Position numbers and translations under genes: made by a program. From IMG/VR virus record IMGVR_UViG_3300032240_002260, positions 1 to 54,824 of that record: DNA of 54,824 bases; one strand, written 5' to 3'. The notes under the pieces were generated by a model that had not been told where the DNA came from, did no database searches, and saw only the letters and a program-made list of their open reading frames with translations. This document shows positions 9,398-17,571 of this stretch, piece by piece. Within the stretch, counting starts at the first letter, position 1; each line of letters opens with the position of its first letter. This DNA comes from a virus (Duplodnaviria; Caudoviricetes).

Positions 9398-10140
9398 AAA
9401 CTTACAAAGCTATCATTGTATCAGATTTACATTTAGGAACTAAAGATTCAAAGGCAGAAGAATTTATAGACTTTATAGAAAAGCATCCAACTAATTTACT
9501 CATCTTAAATGGAGATATAGTAGATTCTTGGGCTTTAAATAGAGGATCTAAATGGAAAAAGACTCATACTAAAGTAATTTCTAAGTTACTTAAACTATCT
9601 AATAAAACACAGATAATCTGGATAAGAGGAAACCATGATGAATTTCTACAAGAGTTTATAGGAGATCATTTTGGTGGAATTGAAATAAGAGAAGACTATA
9701 AAATACAATATCAAGAACATGTTGAATACGATACTTGGAAAAATAGATGCTACTATATTTTTCATGGAGATATTATAGATATATTCATAACAAAATATAC
9801 TTGGTTAGCTAAAATAGGATCCGTAGGTTATGATCTAGCTTTATGGTTAAATAGATGGTATAACAAATATAGAAAGTGGCGTAAACTTCCATATAAGTCA
9901 ATATCACAGAAAATAAAAAGTAGCGTTAAAACCGCAGCTAATTATGTAAATGATTTTGAAGTTACAGCTTTAAAAATGGCAGAAAAGCAAGGCTGCGATG
10001 GAGTTATCTGTGGACATATCCACCAACCAGAAGATAGAATGATTAGTGGTAAAAGATATCTTAATAGTGGAGACTGGGTAGAAAATATGAGTGCAATTTT
10101 AATAGATTACAAAGGAACAATAGAACTATATAAAAAATAA
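9394..10140 (+). CDS. UDP-2,3-diacylglucosamine diphosphatase (LpxH-like) metallophosphoesterase
   Basis: SDLHLG, GDIVD, GNHD, HGD, CGHIH, YLNSGDWVE. Confidence 0.8.
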   Translation: MKTYKAIIVSDLHLGTKDSKAEEFIDFIEKHPTNLLILNGDIVDSWALNRGSKWKKTHTKVISKLLKLSNKTQIIWIRGNHDEFLQEFIGDHFGGIEIREDYKIQYQEHVEYDTWKNRCYYIFHGDIIDIFITKYTWLAKIGSVGYDLALWLNRWYNKYRKWRKLPYKSISQKIKSSVKTAANYVNDFEVTALKMAEKQGCDGVICGHIHQPEDRMISGKRYLNSGDWVENMSAILIDYKGTIELYKK

Positions 10141-10143
10141 TAT

Positions 10144-10266
10144 ATGTACAAGTTTTTAGACCTATTATTAAATTTTCATGTCACTAAAGAGAACATGATA
10201 GTAAAAGGATTTATCTGGGCTATAAGTATTTTTTTACTTGCATTTTTATTTTCTTCATTACTCTAA
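10144..10266 (+). CDS. Small membrane protein (40 aa)
   Basis: ATG..TAA read manually; C-terminal TM. Confidence 0.35.
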   Translation: MYKFLDLLLNFHVTKENMIVKGFIWAISIFLLAFLFSSLL

Positions 10267-10298
10267 AGATAGATTTTATCTATAAAAGAAATTTGTCT

Positions 10299-10306
10299 TA
10301 TATTTG
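10299..10306 (+). promoter_or_regulatory. TAnnTTTG -7 box
   Basis: TATATTTG upstream of ATG 10332. Confidence 0.55.
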
Positions 10307-10331
10307 TAATGATAACAAAATAAAATATATC

Positions 10332-10511
10332 ATGAAAAAAATCGTTTTTACTCTTGCCACTGTTTTGGCACTTGCATCTTGTGGAGGATCTTCTGAAACT
10401 AAAGTTGAAGCAACCTATGATTCTGTTGGAGTTGATAGCTCTAATATCTTGCCAGCTCTTACTGATTCTGCAAAAGCAGATACTGTAAAAGTTATTGCAC
10501 CAGAGCAATAA
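10332..10511 (+). CDS. Small lipoprotein
   Basis: MKKIVF...LASCGG lipobox; D/S/T-rich tail typical of Bacteroidota lipoproteins. Confidence 0.75.
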   Translation: MKKIVFTLATVLALASCGGSSETKVEATYDSVGVDSSNILPALTDSAKADTVKVIAPEQ

Positions 10512-10590
10512 TAAAATTCAAAGTGTTGTCAGGGGAATTGCCTGGAAAGGATACCGTTGAAACTCCTTTTTACATTTTAAAATAATAGTT

Positions 10591-10827
10591 ATGAAAGTAT
10601 TGTGCATAGATGGATACGAAGACATTCTTACAGAAGGACAAATTTATACAGTTGTTGAAGTAAGCAAAAAAGGAAACTACATTCTAGAAGAAGTAAACAT
10701 ACCAGAACCTTATACTTCTTTTCATTCTTCAAGGTTTGTTCCAGTTGAAGATGATCCTAATTCTATTTGGACAGAAGAAATGGAAAAACAATTCTGGTCT
10801 GAACAACCTTCAACTACTGATATTTAA
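10591..10827 (+). CDS. Hypothetical phage protein
   Basis: 78 aa, AGTTATG start. Confidence 0.65.
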   Translation: MKVLCIDGYEDILTEGQIYTVVEVSKKGNYILEEVNIPEPYTSFHSSRFVPVEDDPNSIWTEEMEKQFWSEQPSTTDI

Positions 10828-10838
10828 TAATATAACGG

Positions 10839-11234
10839 GGGGGCAACATGGTATCGATTCGGATGATGAGGTAATATCACATGCAGGCATTTGGGTATAC
10901 TGCCTTAGAAGATACCAAACAATAAACGACGAAATGTCAACTATGACCTTCGAAGACTTGATGTCTTTCGTAGGCGCCGATTACGCTCTAGCAGCCTAGT
11001 CAGCACGGGGCAGCTGATAGCCTTGCAACAGAACAGCGCTATGGCATTCTTGTTTGGGCCATGTAACTAAACAAGTGGTGGACCCCTACCTATACGGTTG
11101 GCCTACTACGGTGCAGTAGACAGACCCAGTTAACCTAAGTTAACAAACGGGCCAGAAAGCAGTACTAAGCATGTGATACGTTGGTATTATTGTCACTTTC
11201 GAAGACGTGGGTTCGAATCCCACTGCCTCCACCA
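10839..11234 (+). ncRNA. ssrA: tmRNA
   Basis: Acceptor stem GGGGGCA/TGCCTCC with G3.U70, T-arm GTGGG-TTCGAAT-CCCAC, encoded ACCA end; tag frame resumes after TAAAC at 10928 and reads DEMSTMTFEDLMSFVGADYALAA-stop. Confidence 0.95.
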
Positions 11235-11258
11235 ATATTTATAATAAAAGAAACATTT

Positions 11259-11777
11259 ATGAAAAAGATTTTATTTTTACTTTTTTTATCATTATCGTTA
11301 TTAAGTTGCAGTAAAAAACCTAATGATATTATTCATGCTAGTAAGACTGAACAAGCAGGTTGGGTAGTAAAAGAAAAAGGTCAAAAACCTGAAATGTCAT
11401 ACGATACATACTATCAGATCTCTCCAACTTGGGGTCAATCTATTCACTATGCGTATAAAACAAAAGATCAAGCAATTGCTGTTTTTATATCCTTTATTTT
11501 ATTCATAGCATTCTGTGCATTGTTTGTAGCTAAAACTTCTGACGCTAAATGGATACCTAAAGTATTTGAAAATACAACACTATTCTCAGCAGTACTATTT
11601 ATTTTATTAGTTGGATCTGTTTATGCTTGGTATAATAAACCTGGTAATATTAGATTTAATAACGATAAGTGGGTTAAAAAAGAAGTATACGACAAAGCTA
11701 TTAAAGAAGCAGGATCAACTCAACCTATTTGGGACAGTCTTGAAACAAATCACTTAATTGTAGACGGACCTTATTAA
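11259..11777 (+). CDS. Lipoprotein with two TM helices
   Basis: ATG 11259 (upstream extension overlaps tmRNA); LLSC lipobox, two hydrophobic segments. Confidence 0.7.
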   Translation: MKKILFLLFLSLSLLSCSKKPNDIIHASKTEQAGWVVKEKGQKPEMSYDTYYQISPTWGQSIHYAYKTKDQAIAVFISFILFIAFCALFVAKTSDAKWIPKVFENTTLFSAVLFILLVGSVYAWYNKPGNIRFNNDKWVKKEVYDKAIKEAGSTQPIWDSLETNHLIVDGPY

Positions 11778-11778
11778 T

Positions 11779-12141
11779 ATGATTAGCTTATTATTACTAG
11801 TATTGTTTATTGCTGTCAATATAGGACTTGCAAAATTTGATGCCTGGAGAATAAAAAATGGCGTGAGAATCAGGCATGCTATAAATGCAATAGTTTATTC
11901 AGGGCTTATATTAATATTTTGGAAATGGTTGACTATATATAAAGTATTAGGAATATTACTACTTAGAATTCCTATCTTTAATATATCTCTTAATCTATTT
12001 AGAGGTCTACCTACAAACTATCTTAGCAAATCTACTACTAGTATTATAGATCAAATCATGAATCCATTCATAAACAAAGTAGGATTTATGACCTACCATC
12101 TAGCTTTATTCATTATTAGCGGAATTCTATTGTTTTTATAA
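11779..12141 (+). CDS. Multi-TM membrane protein
   Basis: 3-4 hydrophobic helices. Confidence 0.7.
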   Translation: MISLLLLVLFIAVNIGLAKFDAWRIKNGVRIRHAINAIVYSGLILIFWKWLTIYKVLGILLLRIPIFNISLNLFRGLPTNYLSKSTTSIIDQIMNPFINKVGFMTYHLALFIISGILLFL

Positions 12142-12163
12142 CTGATTGATTTTCAATCACTTA
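12139..12163. repeat. 25-bp imperfect palindrome (family copy 1)
   Basis: TAACTGATTGATTTTCAATCACTTA; related copies at 38216, 42684 and 54496. Confidence 0.75.
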
Positions 12164-12227
12164 TATATTAAACAAAAAAATATCCAAAAAAAGGCTAAAA
12201 ATATTTTTTTATCTCAAATGTATTTAG

Positions 12228-12235
12228 TATATTTG
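12228..12235 (+). promoter_or_regulatory. TAnnTTTG -7 box
   Basis: TATATTTG upstream of ATG 12257. Confidence 0.6.
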
Positions 12236-12256
12236 TTATATATCAATAATTAAGGT

Positions 12257-12799
12257 ATGGACGCAATAGTTTATTTTCATGGTTATGGATCAAATGGTAA
12301 TAGTAGGACAGCCGAATTAATTAAACAATCATATCCTGACTACGCTGTAATTACTCCAACTTACAATACAAAGGATGCAGATCTTGCAATGGAGGAATTA
12401 GACAAAACAATATATAAAACTATGAAAGAATACGACTGTGTATTTCTTATAGGCACAAGTCTAGGTGGTTTTATGGCTAATTATTTTTCTAACAAATATG
12501 CTATTCCTACTGTATTAGTCAATCCTTGTCTTGATCCTGTAGAAAGATTAGAAAAGTACAATCCTAAAGATAAAGTCAATTGTAAGTCTTTTGCAAAGTA
12601 CGATATTCCTGATGGAAACGGAATTCCTAAAATCGTAGTCTTAGGTAAGAAAGACAATATCATTCCTTATGAGACATTTATGGAAAGGTACGAGTCAAGG
12701 TATCAAATATTTATAAATGACTTAATGGGGCATAGAACAAGTTCTAAAGAAGACATTGTCCCGGCAATTAACGAAATATTGAACAATAGCATATTATGA
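12257..12799 (+). CDS. YqiA/YcfP-like alpha/beta hydrolase (esterase)
   Basis: YFHGY, GTSLGG nucleophile elbow, LVNP, D and GH catalytic residues. Confidence 0.85.
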   Translation: MDAIVYFHGYGSNGNSRTAELIKQSYPDYAVITPTYNTKDADLAMEELDKTIYKTMKEYDCVFLIGTSLGGFMANYFSNKYAIPTVLVNPCLDPVERLEKYNPKDKVNCKSFAKYDIPDGNGIPKIVVLGKKDNIIPYETFMERYESRYQIFINDLMGHRTSSKEDIVPAINEILNNSIL

Positions 12800-13368
12800 G
12801 ACCTCTTGTAGAAAGATTTATTAACTTATTTGATCCAAAAGAAAAAGAAAAATACGCTGATGAGGTGTGGAATATGCTTCAAAAGTCTTACGAAAAAGTA
12901 GGAGGGATTCACGGATCTGGATTTAATGATAAAGAAGACATGATCAAAAACATGCCTTTTTGGAAAATAGCCAAAAAGAATGGTAAGATGGTTGCTGTAG
13001 CTTTATACAAAGATAAAGAAGGAAGAAAAAGAGTAGCTTCTGGAACTGATGGAACTGACACAGGAAAAGATCAACTAGAACTAATAGGAAAAGAAGATCT
13101 AAATCAAGAAAGAGCATTCGCTGAAGTATCATCAGCATCATTAAACTTTATGCTTAAAAGATGGAAAGGTTCTGACATAACTAAATATATGTTCCTTCCT
13201 CAAGATGCAGAGAAGGTATTAAAAACAAAGCTAGATTATCCTGTACCTGATGATGATCAAGAAGTGTTGGCACATCCAGAACTAAAGAAGTTTTTTTATA
13301 GAAGAGAAATAGGAGGCAAGCCTCATACAAAACTCATGATAGGAAAACCAGGTAAAAAAATATATTAG
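12796..13368 (+). CDS. Hypothetical phage protein
   Basis: 190 aa ORF overlapping the upstream stop (ATGA). Confidence 0.75.
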   Translation: MRPLVERFINLFDPKEKEKYADEVWNMLQKSYEKVGGIHGSGFNDKEDMIKNMPFWKIAKKNGKMVAVALYKDKEGRKRVASGTDGTDTGKDQLELIGKEDLNQERAFAEVSSASLNFMLKRWKGSDITKYMFLPQDAEKVLKTKLDYPVPDDDQEVLAHPELKKFFYRREIGGKPHTKLMIGKPGKKIY

Positions 13369-13407
13369 TACTACAAAGATAGATTGCATAATAAGAAAAG
13401 ACTATCT

Positions 13408-13415
13408 TATATTTG
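13408..13415 (+). promoter_or_regulatory. TAnnTTTG -7 box heading the RNA island
   Basis: TATATTTG upstream of ATG 13431. Confidence 0.55.
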
Positions 13416-13430
13416 AATAAATAATAAGTT

Positions 13431-13652
13431 ATGATTGCATTCATTTACATCGTTAGTATTGCCTATTGCCTTTGGAGAATATTCAAGAGCTACAAAAGAT
13501 CTTTTGGAGACGGTAATCCTATTGGATCAACACCTGGTCTTGATACGATCTTCGTGATCCTCTTTGCTCCTTTAATGGCAGCAGTAGATATCATTGTGAC
13601 TTGGATCCAATTAATTAAAAAGTCTAACGAAGACAACGATCCAGTATTTTAA
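13431..13652 (+). CDS. Small membrane protein
   Basis: Two hydrophobic segments. Confidence 0.65.
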   Translation: MIAFIYIVSIAYCLWRIFKSYKRSFGDGNPIGSTPGLDTIFVILFAPLMAAVDIIVTWIQLIKKSNEDNDPVF

Positions 13653-13656
13653 TAAT

Positions 13657-13812
13657 TGTCGAGTGGTGAAAGCTAGATCGGCAGGCAGACACACCCACTC
13701 GTCTCGTGGGCGCTGATATCGAAATAGATGTTAGGATATGGGTTGACCACAAAGCCGGCTATTTTGTCCAACATCGAATTGCAGCGTAGAGGTTCGAATC
13801 CTCTCTCGACAG
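13657..13812 (+). tRNA. Non-canonical tRNA-Asp(GTC)-like RNA with enlarged D-loop and ~75-nt variable arm
   Basis: Acceptor TGTCGAG/CTCGACA + G73; anticodon stem CCCAC-TCGTCTC-GTGGG; T-arm AGAGG-TTCGAAT-CCTCT. Confidence 0.65.
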
Positions 13813-13956
13813 CGCGACTGAACACAGTGAGCCACCAAAAGAATTAGCCCGCAGGCCACGGATCGAAAACTCAGGAGTGCCTCTTAATAATGGACACTCG
13901 CCCTCTGAATCGTTAGTCAGCAGTGTAAAGCAACTCCACTGGAGAATAGAGTTGCA
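13813..13956 (+). ncRNA. Candidate structured RNA
   Basis: GC-rich non-coding; hairpins GAGTGCC/GGACACTC and GCAACTC/GAGTTGC. Confidence 0.4.
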
Positions 13957-13960
13957 AATA

Positions 13961-14082
13961 AGGTTGATTGGGAAGCCTTACACCTTCATTAAAAAGTTGG
14001 AATGTAAGCGAGGAGGTTAAATGATACCAAAGTAAAGCCAATCGTAAAAGCAGGTGTCCACGCACCCATCTCCTGCTTTCCT
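13961..14082 (+). ncRNA. Candidate structured RNA
   Basis: AGG/CCT closure; GATTGG/CCAATC, CTTACA/TGTAAG and AAAGCAGG/CCTGCTTT stems. Confidence 0.5.
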
Positions 14083-14090
14083 AAAATTAT

Positions 14091-14186
14091 TGAGAGAAGT
14101 AGACGAAAGCGATTCTATGGTCAGTGTACATATTCCATAGATAGCCGGTAGAAACATTGGAGAGTGTAGCTAACTTTCCTCTCTCA
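14091..14186 (+). ncRNA. tRNA-shaped structured RNA lacking the TTC motif
   Basis: 7-bp terminal stem TGAGAGA/TCTCTCA; TCTATGG/CCATAGA stem; GGAGAG/CTTTCC stem in T-arm position. Confidence 0.5.
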
Positions 14187-14191
14187 TACTT

Positions 14192-14324
14192 AGTCAGGTG
14201 GCGGAAGGATCGGGGTGTCCCCGGTCGTGGTAGACGCTCAATAAGGCACGTTAAAAACATAGATGCTATGTGTGGTAGGTGAGGCATCATTATTGGCATA
14301 TAGGTTCGAATCCTATAGGGTCCA
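14192..14324 (+). pseudogene. Chimeric or degenerate tRNA-like element
   Basis: Leu/Ser-type D-arm (TGGCGGAA...GGTAGACGC) and perfect T-arm (ATAGG-TTCGAAT-CCTAT), but acceptor halves AGTCAGG and AGGGTCC do not pair. Confidence 0.5.
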
Positions 14325-14340
14325 CTAAAATCAAAATAGT

Positions 14341-14472
14341 ATGAAAGATTCTATTATTATTCCTCTTGATCTGGTAAAAACAACACCAAATGATCAGGAG
14401 TTAGGAGAGATTGTCAGAACAATATATTTAGAAATATTAAAAAACAATAAAGATGAATCAACAAAGGATTAA
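14341..14472 (+). CDS. Small hypothetical protein (43 aa, TPNDQELG)
   Basis: ATG..TAA read manually. Confidence 0.5.
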   Translation: MKDSIIIPLDLVKTTPNDQELGEIVRTIYLEILKNNKDESTKD

Positions 14473-14683
14473 CATTCCACTCAATAAAACTACTCCAATA
14501 GTTTGTGAAGAGTGCGGATCTCAAGCATTTCAAGAAGCTCTAATGCTTCGTAGAGTTAGTAAGTTCTTAACAGGAGATATGAAAGACGGCGTAATGCCAG
14601 TACAAACTTTTGTATGCTCAAAATGTGGTCATATTAATAAAGATTTTTATCCATCAGAACTATTACAAGATGAGCAAGAATAA
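14453..14683 (+). CDS. Zinc-ribbon protein
   Basis: CEECG...CSKCGH. Confidence 0.75.
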   Translation: MNQQRINIPLNKTTPIVCEECGSQAFQEALMLRRVSKFLTGDMKDGVMPVQTFVCSKCGHINKDFYPSELLQDEQE

Positions 14684-14936
14684 AGATATTTGGGGAGGTG
14701 TAGTTATGCATAATGATAACAATAGTAGAACAGTTCTTAAAACAGACTCTATTGTAGATTCTGTTGTTGACAAATTCATTGACAGATCTAGAGTAGGAAA
14801 AGCTAAGTACGGTATTACATTAGATAGAGAAGACTATTCACTATCAGAGTGGTTAACACACTTACAAGAAGAATTGATGGACGCTGTTAATTACATAGAA
14901 AGAATTAAAAGAATCGTAGACGGTAAAAAGAAATAA
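14670..14936 (+). CDS. Small phage protein, possible all-alpha NTP pyrophosphohydrolase (MazG-like)
   Basis: G..KYG...EWLTHLQEELMDAVNY (EExxD); start at ATG 14670. Confidence 0.5.
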   Translation: MSKNKDIWGGVVMHNDNNSRTVLKTDSIVDSVVDKFIDRSRVGKAKYGITLDREDYSLSEWLTHLQEELMDAVNYIERIKRIVDGKKK

Positions 14937-15838
14937 TGCCTAAACCTAAAATTAATATTAACTGGGCTTACCAGAAGGCAGTTTCGTATTCTCAATATTC
15001 TATATATAAACAATGCCAATATCAATGGTATCTGACTTATATTAAGAAAGAGTCTAGTTTCAAACCTTCTATATATTTGATCTATGGTACATCTATGCAT
15101 GAGACTATTCAAACTTATTTACAGACAATGTATGATAAGTCTGGTAAAGCTGCAGATGATCTAGATCTAAATAAAATATTAGAAGAGAGGATCGTAGACA
15201 ACTATAAGCAGAGTATATCAGAAAATGATAATCAACACTTCAGCACAAAAGAAGAGTTGAAAGAGTTTTTATCTGATGGACAAGCTACCTTAGATTGGTT
15301 CAAAAAGAATAGAGGTAAGTATTTTTCTAAAAGGACTTCTGAATTAGTAGGAATAGAGATTCCTATTTTACAAAGTGTTGTTGAAGACATTCCTAATGTT
15401 CTTATGAATGGTTCTATTGACTTTGTCATATATGAAAAAGCTGTAGAGAAGTATACTATCTATGATATAAAGACTAGTACCAAAGGATGGTCTGATTATG
15501 AAAAGAAAGACCAAACAAAGATCAATCAGATACTCTTGTATAAGAGGTTCTATTCAAAAGCTCTAAATGTACCAGAAGAAAATATAGATGTTAAATTCTT
15601 TATCGTTAAAAGAAAAGTGTTTAATAGTCCTGACTATCCTACATATAGAGTACAGGAGTTCATTCCAGCTAATGGAAAGAAAAAAGTACAAGAAGCATTT
15701 AACGACTTTTCTAATTTTATTAGAGAGTGTTTTACTCCGGATGCAAAATACAAAACAGAAAGAGAGTACACAAAAAATCTAAGTAGTTGTAAATTCTGCC
15801 CTTATAAAGATAAATCTGATCTTTGTACTAGAAATTAA
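14936..15838 (+). CDS. PD-(D/E)XK nuclease (RecB/Cas4-like exonuclease)
   Basis: SYSQ..C, GTSMHE, GSID, DIKT, QILLY, C-terminal CKFCPY...C. Confidence 0.85.
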   Translation: MPKPKININWAYQKAVSYSQYSIYKQCQYQWYLTYIKKESSFKPSIYLIYGTSMHETIQTYLQTMYDKSGKAADDLDLNKILEERIVDNYKQSISENDNQHFSTKEELKEFLSDGQATLDWFKKNRGKYFSKRTSELVGIEIPILQSVVEDIPNVLMNGSIDFVIYEKAVEKYTIYDIKTSTKGWSDYEKKDQTKINQILLYKRFYSKALNVPEENIDVKFFIVKRKVFNSPDYPTYRVQEFIPANGKKKVQEAFNDFSNFIRECFTPDAKYKTEREYTKNLSSCKFCPYKDKSDLCTRN

Positions 15839-15898
15839 TAAAATATTTTTTTATTTACGTATTTATTTATATTCTTATATATTTATAATAAAGAAAAT

Positions 15899-16120
15899 AT
15901 GGTAAATAGTAAATCAAAAAGAGTCATAACGTCTGTAAAAATACCACAGACTCTGTATGAAGATTTTAAAGTCACATCTTTTAAGACTAAATTAAATCTA
16001 CAAGATATTGTTGAAAGAGCTATGTTTATGTATTTAACTGATCCTGATTTTAGGCAGTCAATTCATGAACAGTACAACACTTATTACACAGGATCCACAT
16101 TAATTGAAGCAATAAAATAA
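15899..16120 (+). CDS. Ribbon-helix-helix-like DNA-binding protein
   Basis: ITSVKIP strand followed by two helices; heads the glycosylation operon. Confidence 0.5.
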   Translation: MVNSKSKRVITSVKIPQTLYEDFKVTSFKTKLNLQDIVERAMFMYLTDPDFRQSIHEQYNTYYTGSTLIEAIK

Positions 16121-16127
16121 ACAACAA

Positions 16128-17570
16128 ATGGTAAATGGTTATATTCCACAATCAGAAAGAAAGAAAATTCTTTTGTTATGTGATGATATCAGAATGACAT
16201 CTGGTATTTCTACAATGGCTAGAGAGATCGTTCTAGGAACATCTCACGTATTTAATTGGGTTAATCTAGGAGGAGCAATCAACCATCCAGATCAAGGAAA
16301 GAGACTAGATATTTCTCAAGACACAAATAAACATGTCGGTATCAATGATGCTTCTGTTTTCATTTATCCTATGAACGGATATGGAAACCAAGAAACTATT
16401 AGGCAGCTTATTGATATTGAAAAGCCTGATGTTCTTATGTTCTTTACAGATCCTAGATATTGGATTTGGTTATTCCAGATTGAGAATGAGATTAGGAAAA
16501 AGATTCCTATGGTCTATCTTAATATCTGGGACGATCTCCCAGCTCCTTTATATAACAAGCCTTACTATGAATCATGTGATACTTTGATGGCTATATCAAA
16601 GCAAACTTTGAATATCAATAGAATGGTATTAGGAGATAAAGCAAAAGGGAAATTATTAAAGTATATTCCTCATGGTATTAATGAGAAAGCATTTTTTCCT
16701 ATTACAGATTTCATGATGCAAGAAAATACTAATCTTCTCAAAAAGAAAAAAGAGATCTTTGGAGATTTTGAACCTGAGTTTATCGTTTTTTACAATGCTA
16801 GAAATATTAGAAGAAAGTCTACATCTGATTTGATTGCTGCCTATGCAAAATTCTGTAACAGTATAGGAAAAGAAAAAGCTAGTAGGTGCGCTTTACTTTT
16901 ACATACTCAACCATTAGATGAAAATGGAACAGATTTGCCGACTGTAATAGATCTCTTGTGTGATCCAGAATATCAAAAAGTTTATTTTTCTGATCAAAGA
17001 CTTAGTACAGAAGATGTAAATCTTTTATATAATATGTCAGATGTAACTGCGTTGGTATCTTCTAATGAAGGTTGGGGATTATCTCTTACAGAATCTATGA
17101 TGGCAGGAAAAATGATCATAGCAAATGTAACTGGAGGTATGCAAGATCAAATGAGGTTTGTTGATGAGAATGGTAAGTGGATTGATTTTAATGATAAATT
17201 CTGTTCTAATCATTTTGGAAAATATAAACAACATGGTGAGTGGGCAGTACCTGTATTCCCAAATAATATGAGTATTGTTGGATCTATACCCACACCTTAT
17301 ATCTTTGATGACCGCTGTGATTTTAGAGACATAGCAAATGCTATTGAACAGGTGTATAATCTACCTATTGAAGAAAGAGAGAGACGCGGCATGGCAGGAA
17401 GAGATTGGGTTCTATCTAGCGAATCTATGATGAGTGCAAAAAATATGTGTAAAAATGTTGTGACCACTATCAATGAAACTCTAGAAGTATTTAAACCTAA
17501 AAAGAATTTTGAATTAATTAAGATAGAAAAATTAGCGAAAAAGAAAATTGTACACCCATTAGAATATTAA
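16128..17570 (+). CDS. GT-B fold glycosyltransferase (GT4-like)
   Basis: IPHGI, RNIRRK, EGWGLSLTE (E-x7-E) motif. Confidence 0.88.
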   Translation: MVNGYIPQSERKKILLLCDDIRMTSGISTMAREIVLGTSHVFNWVNLGGAINHPDQGKRLDISQDTNKHVGINDASVFIYPMNGYGNQETIRQLIDIEKPDVLMFFTDPRYWIWLFQIENEIRKKIPMVYLNIWDDLPAPLYNKPYYESCDTLMAISKQTLNINRMVLGDKAKGKLLKYIPHGINEKAFFPITDFMMQENTNLLKKKKEIFGDFEPEFIVFYNARNIRRKSTSDLIAAYAKFCNSIGKEKASRCALLLHTQPLDENGTDLPTVIDLLCDPEYQKVYFSDQRLSTEDVNLLYNMSDVTALVSSNEGWGLSLTESMMAGKMIIANVTGGMQDQMRFVDENGKWIDFNDKFCSNHFGKYKQHGEWAVPVFPNNMSIVGSIPTPYIFDDRCDFRDIANAIEQVYNLPIEERERRGMAGRDWVLSSESMMSAKNMCKNVVTTINETLEVFKPKKNFELIKIEKLAKKKIVHPLEY

Positions 17571-17571
17571 T

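Noticed and set aside
10736-10999. 87-aa ORF
   Set aside because: It overlaps the tmRNA; its C-terminus is just the tmRNA tag reading frame
13813-14082. Self-cleaving ribozyme (hammerhead, HDV-like/theta, twister, pistol) after the tRNA-like gene
   Set aside because: I could not assemble the required cores; GGTG-TCCACG-CACC resembles an HDV P3/L3, but the P1/P1.1 partners are missing
14936-15838. Cas4 of a CRISPR-Cas system
   Set aside because: No other cas genes and no repeat-spacer array seen; solo PD-(D/E)XK nucleases are common in phages
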